DNA from: Phoronis australis | Taxonomy: Eukaryota > Animalia > Phoronida | Length of the DNA: 64,000 nucleotides | Assembly: GCA_002633005.1 (NCBI GenBank) | Contig: NMRA01000013.1 | Location: 672,995 to 736,994 of the forward strand | Direction: 5' to 3' | Shown: one piece after another, positions 42,801-54,800 of the stretch | Position numbering within the stretch: the stretch's first letter is position 1 | Layout: every line of letters begins with the position of its first letter | The notes under the pieces: model-generated | The model's input: the letters and a program-made list of their open reading frames with translations, nothing else | What the model was told of the DNA's origin: nothing | The model's database searches: none | Program-made: the position numbers and the translations under genes

Positions 42801-45800
42801 TAAGCGTTTATTAGAGCCAATACAGTATACAGCTTTCCTTCAAGGCTTAGGTGATGCTACGACATTATTCTTTGTTGCATTAGTAACTGGTCTTGGCAAA
42901 TTATCATTTTATGGCCTGGTCATCCATTCAGCCAAAAGTAGTTCTAGAGGTGGCTTATCAGCCAATTATTCACGCATGCTGACTCACAATAGAAGCCTGA
43001 TAAGAGTGAAGGTGGATAAATGCTGTGTTCCTACAGTTTCTTGTGTTAGTGGATGTGTTCACGACATGAACTATGCTCACAGGCGAAAAACCTGCATAAA
43101 ACTGTATAAAATCCGACTTTTATCAAACTTCGAAAGTATTTCTAAACTCATACCGGATGAGAAAATGAACATAACAGTTTCTTACCGATTCTGAGCTAAT
43201 CTCTCATCTATACAGAGTGCAAATTCCATTGCAAGACAGCCGGGCGATCGGCAACATTTCATCTCACAGCACTGTACGTGGATCCATTTTCTGAACACAA
43301 GAGACGTGGAAAATTTTTCGAAAAACAGCATGAAATTTGGACCAGCAACCTCTGAGTACTCCTGGTAATCACCTACGCTATCGGCAAATCCGATGGCAAA
43401 ATGAATTCAGCCACAAACTTGACTTCAAAATGAGCTATGCGCTCAAATATTGGCTTCCGGATGATCGTTAACAAAGGCCTGAATGGGGCAAACTACAAAC
43501 TGCAAGAGACGTGGAAAATTTTTCACCAATGACGCTGATATTTGGCAGTAACAAGTCTTAACATACACTCTATGCGACAGGCTATCGGCAAATTGCGTAG
43601 TTATCTCCCCTCACTTATAAATTCCTGATTATAGCCTGTTCTTGTGTATTTCTTATGGAGGGCTGTTGGCAAGATTTAGCGCATGCGCAGTAGTGCATGT
43701 TACAAATTTCTGGCGTTGGTGAAAGTACACATGCTAATAAGCAGATGAGAATCACTTGAGCAGCTTTTAAAGACAAAATCCAGGAATATGACAATAATTC
43801 ATCACCTTATATAGTTACATGGGTTAATGTGAAATGCTTTTTGACATTTTATAGCAATAACCAGAATATTCTGTTATCCAGTATGACATTAACAGGACTC
43901 CACTGTCTCAGGCCCTGGGCCTGCAGTGACTGCGTCTTGTCGCTTTAAGCGTGTAGTCATACCTTGGTCACAGTGTTCCCCAGTAAACGCAGGTTCACAT
44001 GTACAGTTTCCAGATCCATTTATACCAGAATCACATTTGCCATGAAGACAATGGCATTCTGAAACAAGAAATTAATAGGTGTTTAAAACAAAAAGGGCAC
44101 CCAAATAACATTTCAGACCTACAGCTAGTGCAATAAACATTTAGAATTGTCTCGCTGGCCCATACAACACTGCATAATGCCAAATCACAAAGTAAGGATT
44201 CCAATGATATAGGATTGCATGTAGCCAGCCAGATAGCTGTACGAAGACTATCATCAAAATACAGCTAGGTACCACTGTGTGTTTATCTTCCATAGACCCC
44301 GAAATTGCATACAGCCAGGGGAGTTCTGCTCTTCGCCTCCCATGAAACTTGTTTCAACATGTAAAGCTAAAGACCAGACAGGGTGCATGTAAAATCTGGG
44401 AGTCAACGGACACTCACCTTGCCCATTAGAACCGTTTAAGTGAAAAACAATGCAACAAACGTCATCTAACTTTTCTTACGTCAATCTCGACCTTTAGTAA
44501 CAATGAAAAGTTATGTTTTCATTTCGAAAACATTACGCTCGTGTCACGTGCAAGCGACATTTCCTAAACTTTTGCGAAACTATTCACTTCAGTCAGTAGG
44601 CAATGACCATCGCCTTTGTTGGCCCGAACCAGAGGCGATGCAGCTCCTATAGGCGCTCCATACGCCGGAGGCTTTTCGGCGAATTATACCTCGCACCAAC
44701 TAAACCATCAAAGTCACGTTCTTATAAATGCCTTTTGCGCACAGAGGAACACCTTAGGAGGTTGTCGATGTGTTTAATTCCTTCCAACTCGAACAAATAC
44801 TCCCGTTATCAAACTTTTTCTTTGAGCAGTCCCTACTTCAGTTCCCAAAATCGTGAACTCAACATTTTCACTCAGCGCACACCAAGAGATTCTTTTAACC
44901 AGGCCGAAGGTCAGAAGTTGCGGTCCTACCGCCGAACTTTGAAAGCTAAAGCCGGGAACCAGCCGTGCATTTCCCGTGTTGTTAAACATTAAAATGTCAA
45001 ATATGTGCACAAAGACTATAATGTCATATCAACAGCATTTATTTTTATCAAATACAAACAATAATTTATGGAAATACAATCAGTTTCAAGTAACGCTAAT
45101 TAAAGACAAGTATTAAGTTCGGTGGTGGCATTTTGGAAACAACTGAAACATTTGACTGGCAAGACCGCACTGGCTCACCTTTGGCCTATTTAAAGATTGA
45201 GGTCATGAAGTCACATCACCTAGCGAGCGCTGTAAAAATTGGAGCGTGCGCAGTATAAAAATGGTGAGTTCACGATTTTGGGAACTGAACAAGAGACTGC
45301 TCGAACAAAAATTTTGATAACGGTATTTATAAGAACGTGACTTTCATGCTTTAGCCAGTGCGAGGCATAATTCGCCGAAAAGCTTCCGGCATATGGAGCG
45401 CCTATAGGAGCTGCATCGCCTCTGGTTCGGGCCAACAGAGGCGATGGTCATTGCCTATTTGCTATTCAATTCAGTCAGTGAACACGTGGACGTTAACATT
45501 ACGATTCTAGGCTAAAAATTGAAGAAGTAGTCATGGTTTAAAGAGGGACCGCTACATTCGAGTAGTGCCACGGCAATTTCAAATACATGGTTTACAAATT
45601 CAAGTTCAGATTCAGCTATAACCAAGATTCATCAACATACACTGTCCCTTGTCGTCTGCCGCTTGCTCGCCATTTTTGCTCAAGCTTGGAGCGCCGTCTT
45701 TTGAATTCATCACGAACCCATTTAGGCCTAGTCATGTCAGATTTTCTCACCTGTCATTAGGCCTACCTTTTAAAACCAGAGACCGTATCCCACTATTGAT

Positions 45801-48800
45801 AACACATACACTCACTTTTTTATTCTATTTGTAAATAATATTTACCTGTAGTGTTGAAATGAGAGAACAACGAGAGAGGTAGAATTTATTACGTTTGTAT
45901 GCCGGTAGGCCTACTATGTGGTATATAACACGTACGTGGTAGACGTACATCGGAGGTCTCACCACAGAGCTATACATCAGAAGTAATGTCTAAACACTGG
46001 CAAGTCCAATAACTACATCTCTCTTGCTAAAACTTTCACTTTTACACACATCCCTTTTAAGAACAAACATAGTAGTTCTCTAATCTAATGTTCACTTGGA
46101 CGTCACTCCAACACGTACTGCACGACGATCTACTGAATTCACATGACCCATCGCTGGTCCGACTGACGGCTGGGCTATCTTCTTGGTGTTCTACAGCAGC
46201 ATCGAGTTTCTTGAGGTGTGCGCGATTCCGACGGTAGTCATTTGTTTTCGTCTCAAAACCTGTCATGTCGAGTCCCGTTTTGAGTGTTGCGGGAGACCAT
46301 CAGTTCAAGGTTACCGCGGCGCCGCGCGACTCAGGCTCCGTCAGACCAGCCCAGTCTTGGTGGAGGCGTCGAGCGCAAGTACTGTCATATTTTCGTAAAT
46401 TCATATTAAAGGTTAATGGGATATTGGAATTTAGAAGCTAAAACAATTAAACTCAAACCCTAATCCCAAAAACTCATCGATGACTTGAGCCTGCCACAAC
46501 TCAGGGAATTTTCCGAGTAGAGTTCGCTTTCCGTTTCTATCGTTAGATGCCGCTGCCGTTCACATTAGATTTTCCTAAGCACAAAAAGAAAGAAAAAACT
46601 CCAACAAACCTCCTTTTATAAATATAATCGAGTAATGTGTAGGATAACGATATAACTCTTGTTGAAAAAATCTAGCTTTTTAAAGAATATATCCTTATTC
46701 AAAGAAATATTTGAGAATTCAAGGTAACACTTGTTTAGTATAAGTCCATTGTTTAACTAGTACCCTGACTGTGTACGAGCGGTATCGCTTCTCGGCCTTT
46801 TGGCTAAGATCAAAGTGTAGTATCTGTTCTTATCAGCTTAATATCTGATACGTCCCCCATTGGGGGACTTCGATATTAAACTGATTTTTGGAACTGGGCG
46901 AAGTGTCAGGGGCTTGCTCCGCCTTCGCCACGGGTTGGCCTGGTATTGCAGTACCTCCGGGATCGGCCCACTCCCCACTGGGGAGTAAAATATAAACAAG
47001 TAATGAACGCAACCGAAAATAGAGGAGTCAATTTTACATTTCAACAGTCCAGTCCACCGAATCCGACGGCATACTACTGTCGATCTCTTATTTTAATCCT
47101 TGGCCAACCTTCAACAGCCAAGAATACCCTTTCCCTGGGTGCGCGCATGACTCGGATAATATGTCACTGCAAGCTCACGACTCAATGATTAGAATAGGAA
47201 TAAATCTAACACAGAATCGCTCGTGCACCATTTTGCATATCACTGTAGTTACAGGATTCACGTGCAATTTGTCTCGTCATCTGAAAACCTTCAGCATCAG
47301 TTGGCTAAGAGCGCTCGCGGCGAAGCCACACGCTATAAATATTTGGAGTTTTCCTTGAAACCTTAAAATGGTGTTTTTTCTTGAAAAAATGTTGTGGGAT
47401 AAAACCTGATATCAGATACTCTTGTTCAAAGTTTGATTTTCGTGAAAATCCGGAGGCCGAGAGTGCTCGAATCATCATGTGTGACATCCATTTTACGGAG
47501 TGGCGAACCCGGACCTATTCCTTAGCCAAGAAAAGCACGTCACAAATGTTTCCATCTGATGATTGAAAATGACTTTTAACTTCCTATCAGCCAGGGCACC
47601 AACAATTAAAACACCGGAAACTGCCATCACTTTTGAAACCCCGGGTCAACCCGGAGGGGACTTTTACTCAGTGGAAGAGGCTGGCGGGACTGGGCTGCTG
47701 TTTTGACAGACGACTGGCTGTTACAAGGACACGTTTCCTACGAAAGAGTGTCTTTCAATGAAATTTCTAGTAGCGGTTCACTTTTTGGCTGGAGCTCTGT
47801 AAAATAAAGGAACTCATATTTTTCGTAGCAGAACAGTGTATGCCGAAAAGGCTTGGTACTTTATTTTTATGTTCCACGGAAACTGAAATGTTGAATATTA
47901 ATTTTACAAGGTTACACTCCAGTGTAAATGGGTTATGCTGGAAGACTGCACTTCGGGCCGATTAAAAGGGCGGTGAGGCCTAAATGACTCAGCCCTTTTA
48001 ACTAGACTGGAGATATTTTCTAAAAGCCAAGTCCGGGTGATCATGATTTCCAAGTGGCATACTCCGTCGAGTCAAGAACCGTCCCGGTCTTCAGTGGGCC
48101 ACATTAGTTAGCAAAAGTTCCCTGAATTTACAAATTGGACGCTGTAAGTGAAATGTGTTCAGTCTATCAGTAACACTGAAGCTTATTTCATGATTAATAT
48201 ATTTTACAAAGTCATCATATTCCCCAAATTCATTGACCAGTAAGGAAAAATCTGAACGCATAGGCTATTCTTCCAAAGCCAATTCTTACCGTTTGTAAAC
48301 ATTTCCATTATTTTCGCAAAAATAGTTCTAAAAAATAATCACACTGATGCTGAAAAGTGCATGCCCACTAAACAGCGTCACTACAAGCACTTCTAAGGGT
48401 AAATTGCCCAGTGGTTCCATAGAGTATTGAAGTAAGGGGTCCGGTAGAGAATACCTCGTGAAAAAACAAATTGGGAACGACTGGGGCTCTGCGGCGAGAA
48501 GCAGAGTGGCTGAGATTTCTCTGCAGCTGGGGCTCCGCACAAAACAGATGCCCGATTTCGTCCGCACAGGACCTATTCAGACTAGGAGAAGGTCAATCCA
48601 AGAAGCGAAAAAAGGTGCAGCTTGGTGCATATTACGAATCTGGGACCCCGTCCCGGGGAGGGCAGGGGCAGCTGCAAAATTGTGTCAGCCATGAGGGGAC
48701 CCCATTTCATCGCCACAGGTTCCCCCTGAATGGCTGTGGTGACAGTGGGGGGAGCACTTACAAGATTGTGTCAAAAGGGTGAATTGTAATGACCATGGCC

Positions 48801-51800
48801 CAATAATTTCTGTTGCTTGGAGACCCCAGTGAACCCTTAGTCCGACTCTGATTATTACGATGACTGTGCTAACTTACTTTGATCACAATTTGGTCCGTAG
48901 GTGTCGCGCTCTCTGCACAGTTCGCATGCCGTCCCAGTAAAGTTCTTTTCACAAGCGCAATTTCCGAGCCCGTCTCTTCCGTCCATACATTTTCCATTAC
49001 CAAAGCACGTGTTGTTGGGTCCACCTGGACATTCTGTAATGAAAGACTTTAATTAAAGCAGATATCACTAAATGAAATATGTTAATAATGCCTCCCTACT
49101 GATATCCTTGATCCGCCACTACATTAAACTACATATAGATCCTCAAAGTTCTGTAAAAAAGGCCTCATAACCACCCCTAATGCCACAGGAGAATCATGGT
49201 CACGCACTGGCTGTAGTTCACGCAGCTCTACCTTCCAATTATTTTTTAATTCTTTACCGTCCCCAGGTCAGCGCCATCGCTTTGAAAAAAAAATCACTAC
49301 TCCACTTGTCCTGATGTTCGGCACACGTTTGTTGACATGTGAATCTTTGCTCCATCACATAAAACTCCCATACATTTATTTTTAAAAACCTTTGTGCCGC
49401 CAGCAGAACATTTATAACGAAAATTGTGGACCCGTTCTAGAGTTTATCGTTCCCGCCTTAGTTTACCCGGTGAGTTTGTTGCTTAAATTTCCAACCCAAG
49501 GAGATCAGGTTAATCTGTATTGATTTAGTTCAAGATTTCTCATGCGTGTTAAAACTGGCAAAGCCTATTATTTTCGAGTGATGCCTTGACAAAAACTCAT
49601 TGCACGTGGGTATAAATTGTAATGACCTGTCACGTCTGCCAGAACGATAGATACATGGAAACACACCAAAAAGTGTTTTTAATATTTTGCTACCGTAATC
49701 TCACATCCTTTCTATGGCGAGTATCTTGTGTTGAAAGTGTTCTGGAAATGAGCTTTCTGACGACGAAAAGCCCTATGTTTACCATTTCAGTAAATTCAAA
49801 CCGGGGCACAGCGCTCACGTCGGCAGATCAACCTTTATGTGATGCTGTCGCTCCGAATAGGGCCGTCCCGTATTACAGGGCGATAGAACTCTCCTTTGTC
49901 CTGAGATAAGAAACAGTGTGGCCTCATTTTTGAAATCAGGTACATTTTCGTATTTCTCATTGATGTCGGGAAGGCGAAGAATTTCAAATCACGCATCCAC
50001 GGGTATTTGTCCAAGGCATTTTATCAAACTTTCTCATGTCAGAATTCCAGCCCACAAAACAGCACTCATACCTTATCATCATTGGAAGGACGAATGCAAT
50101 GCAACCGAGAGAAACTTGTTAAAAATCAGACAACAACACTGAATACTCCAGTGGCACGAAAACGAGGCAACAAATTTGCCTGACGGATGTTTACGGCACT
50201 GTGGACAAATACAGCGTGATTCGAGTGTCGTTTTGTAATCCGGGACGGCTCTATTAGACGCATATCCTGACGAGGGGGGTGGGTGAGACGTGGCGGTATG
50301 ACACCTCCAATAAAAACATATTCACTTAGACAAAGAGGTCCAATTAAATACGATCCTGCAAAATTACAAAAAATGAGGCTAGGGATTTTTTAACCAAGGA
50401 AATTCAAAGCCATAGAATTACAAAATTATGGTATACATTGGTTTATTTAGATCAATCAATTTATTCGGCTCATTGGCTCAATCAATCTGTCATCCAGATA
50501 TTGGCACCGGCTGAGACATCTGACTGGTTCTTGAGAGAACCAATGTAGTCGATCAAGTGCAGACATAGTTGGTCGCGGATTCTGTGTCTGTATATGCATA
50601 GTGCAGCCTAAATTAGATCAGCTTCATTATACTGAAGAGAATGAAATTTGATTACCTTTGGGGCAGTATTTATTGAAGAGAGAAAAAAAGTCCTGGCCAC
50701 GGTGCAGGACATTAGAGAGAACCATGTCCTTGGCCCCATGATCTTACTCGAAATCAAACGCGAAATTATTTCAACATTTCCGTTTTACTTTGGTATGTAT
50801 TCAAAATATGTGTCTAGTAATCTCCGCATGCACTCTTGAGTTCGAATTTGAACTCGAAATCCCGAGGTTTTACTCGAAATCTCAAATTTTTTCTCGACTT
50901 TACAACTTGAATTTAGAGGTCATCAATTGCGACTTTGGACTTACGCAGCAGTTTGCGTAATCCATCATGCTTAAGTTCATATTAAAGAAGAACGGAAAAT
51001 GGTAATCATACTTTCGAGTTCGAGTAAAATATTCGATTCCGGACCTGGGACTTCATCACCGTAAATCAATGAAACGGGTTCATCGCCCATTCAATACCTT
51101 GTAAATGGCGACATGAATGTCAGAGTCCAGTTTTGCCAAATCGTATTTAAACTCTAACAGAAAAGATTGAGAAAAGAGTATAAATCGGCTGTAATATGAT
51201 TTGACCAATACCCTTCACGATCAGCAGACATTCCCGAAACATATCCCCATTCCATAGAGAGGTTTCGCAAAGCGACGTGAACGTGAAATATCACGCATTT
51301 ATAATACCGCGTCATACATGCAATTGTTTGCTGTGACGTAATCCCGATAGTGTTTGAGTATTTTACGCGAATACAGGGTGATTCGCGTCGCTTTAAACGC
51401 GAAACCTGTGGCCCCTTTTTAATTCTTATTGGGTAAGACATAGAAAAGATATTTATTTTGATAGGATTCACAATCGTTCTTCTGTGGTTCAGCATAAAAT
51501 GAACACGATTCTTTTGTCTATAAATGTTCTTAAAGTTTAGTTGCCAGAAAGCACCTTTTCCAAAATCCTTATCCTGCCGGGGTTCACTGGATATCATCGA
51601 ACTAGAATGAATTTTTAACAGATATGATTTTGTGCTTTTAATTTTTACATGCTTTTAAGCAGGTAAAAAATTGTAATTTACATGCATCTATTTTAAACTC
51701 CAAATAAATTTCGCATTCTAAGAGTTGACCATTTTTAGCAGGAGTTCGTAGAAACGACTTTTTTCACATCATGCGTGCACCCAGCCTTCAATATGGGAGG

Positions 51801-54800
51801 GGTGCTCGAATTCCTGACGATGTGGACTTTTTGGTAACAAAAAACGGGCGGACTAAAAAAAAAAAAAAAAAAAACGGGAGCACCACCGTGAATTGCGCGT
51901 TTGTGCTTGTTTAGTGGACATTTGTCTCACCTCACTTTTTGTTCCCCAAAGGACGGACCTTTTGCCCACTTCGCCCCCCCCCCCCCCCCGGGTGCGCGCA
52001 TGGAACGTGANCCCCCCTGGGTGCGCGCATGCACATTCACCATAATATATTTCTACCTAGCGGATATGTACTACGATAACAGGACACTCTAAGCTCAGTT
52101 ATTCAGTTCACGTTAACTTTCACTTTCGCGTAAAAATTTAGCTGTTGCGAAACCCATTTTTGTTACTGTATCGTGAATCGGTGAAAAACAAAGATTATTA
52201 ACATAGAGAAGAAAGCGAGCTAAAGATATACCCTTGAAGTGCACTCCTTTTACTACATAGGAATGAAGAAGACATGTTTTCACTAGGGACATATTGTTTC
52301 GATTTTGAGAATAATTTTTGGAAATAATTAAACTGGGTGTCGTGAATTACGTAAAATTTGAGCACGTGTAGGAGTATTGAATGATCTATGGTATCAAAAA
52401 CTTTGCTCAAGTCGATAAAAATTTGTAAGGGTGTATAACAGTTGTTGTGATAATTATAAACTTTGTTAACTAGGCAAAGTACGGGGAATTCTGTTGAGTG
52501 ATTCAGTCTAAAGTCACAAGAAGTATAGGACGATCCGGAATACACAGCGACACTTGATTCTCGCAGTGCTGCAGTAGCCGTTGAACAGTTCGATGCCACC
52601 CAAGTTTTACTACTGTGCTGTGGGCTGCAACTCCAACCTCAGAAATTTGGATAAACTTGAGAAATATCCGAGGATGTCATTTTCCCGCACATCATTTCCA
52701 GAATCATCCCTGCGTTTCTAAAACAAGGCCAATGTAACAACCCGTTTTCCTACCACCAAGACAAAGGAGACTTTTAGCCGAGACCGTCCTATTGTTTGTT
52801 AAGTAAGAAAATCAATGTTAACAGAATTTTTAAAGAAAACGAGCAACACGGGAGTCTTTAACTCTTTCGATCTTCTTTGTCCAATTCTTTTTTATACATC
52901 GGTACAATTTTGCTATTTTCAATGAGTAAGCTACTATTCCTGTATGTAGTGATTGCCTTAATATTTGTGCAATTGTTTTGGAAAGCCTAAAGCATGATTT
53001 AATTAAGTTGCTGGAAAGACTGTCATGGAAAACCCTGCTATAATTACTTAGATTTCACGTAGTTTCGATTTCTTCTTCAGTGTCTGAGTGCAAAAGTAAG
53101 GATGGACGGTCTCGATACTTGAGATATGAACTTGATTTAGGCATTGCTCCCGTTCTAAAGGCTTGATCCCAAGGCCCCAAAATGAATAAAGTTGTTAGGT
53201 GCCGATTTGACACAGGTTTTAGTTATTGCCACTTGTAGACTTGAGAAATTGTTAAACATGTTAGCGCGAGTAATTAGCTGGCTTAGAATTTTGTTATATG
53301 ATTTACAACCTCGTTTTAGGTTGATGTCTTCCCGTGTGTGGGGTGAGTTTTAATTTTTATATAGTTTGTCTCTGGATTTTTTGATAACCTGGGTCATCCA
53401 TTTGCAAACTTTTCAAAAGTTTTATACCGGATCGGTAAGAATATTCACCATATAAAACAATAAATTAGTGATATTTACGCAAGGAACACGATCGAACGTC
53501 GATGTCAACAACATTTCAGTTTCCGACTTCTTTAGCTTGGCGACAAGCAACAAGAAACACTGGATTTGTAAGGACACGGGTACTTATTAAGTTCAGAGAT
53601 TGTACCTGTGTATAGGTGATTTGATATAAAGCGCGCTGTACAAACGAACATACATGTAACGCGACCCAAGGACAGCGCTTCGATAAATAACTCACTAATC
53701 AGATCAGAAAAAAAACGCGCGTGATCAAGATTGCGCAGACGACGAAATCTACGGAGCCAGGCTACTGAGACTAATATAAGTCTTTCGATTTGTCAGGTTC
53801 TCTCATTTCCGAATATTTTTCATTATTTGAATTGGTCAGCAAAAATTGGCCAAGATGTGACATTGTGATATAAGCGATTCGTTTTTGTGAACTTTTAAGT
53901 AAACAAGCTAGCCAAGCTGTGGTGTAGTGATAAGAGCTGTAAGCCATACATAACGTCTAGTAATCAGCAGAGAGGCAAGCGCCTCCCATTCATGAAGTTT
54001 GTGGATAGCGCCCCTTACTGAAGCAAGTTATTGGCTAAGCGCTCTGTAGGAAGTGAGCTTTTTCATGCTTAAAACCTTTATTTACCAGAAATCATATTGT
54101 TGAATATGGATGGGGCAGGGTGGCCTCAGCTACATGTCATTACAATATAAATAACAATACAAAATACATAACAAATAATTACTTTAGAGGAAACTCCTAG
54201 TGACTGGGCTTAAAATTAAAATGAAATTACTATTACTATAAGAGGGTAGATACCAAAGGAAGGGAAGGACTTTCATATACACATTTACACTCTAACCTGC
54301 TCGGATTGAAAAATTAAGTTAGTATTTACGCTAATCGAAACTTATGGGAACTCGACTCCCGCCTTATGTATTGAGGTTTCTGCGGGAACCTCGCCGACTT
54401 TAAAAAATTAAAAAGTTAATAGTAAAATAATGCGAACACAAACAGGGCTGAAAGTTACAAATGTTTATTATTATAAGTAATGTTTTTCGACTGACGAAAG
54501 TCATGCTGTTGTTTTAACAAGATGAAAGTACTGTAGGCAACGTCCATTGTCTCAAACAGTAAAACTGTCATGTTTCAGACACCTGTCTCTGTGACGTATA
54601 AGTTATAGTGAGCAAGGGTATATATGGTATTGAAGACTTCACTTTGTTTTCCGAGAAAGCAAACTAGAAAGTTATATAACGACGGTTCAATACGCAATTT
54701 AAAAAGTTTATTTAAGAAATAATGTAGGGAATGCCATAGATGTTTCAAACAGAAGCAGTTTAAAAAATATGGAGAGAAGCCTGAACCTCGCCACAGTAGG

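Noticed and set aside
46057-46398. Short ORFs (69 and 71 aa) over the structured segment
   Set aside because: No recognisable domain or splice context; base-pairing explains the composition better
46456-46463. AACCCTAA as a firm telomerase-RNA template call
   Set aside because: An 8-mer is expected by chance in 64 kb, and its position relative to the structured domain does not match known TR architecture; kept only as a weak hypothesis
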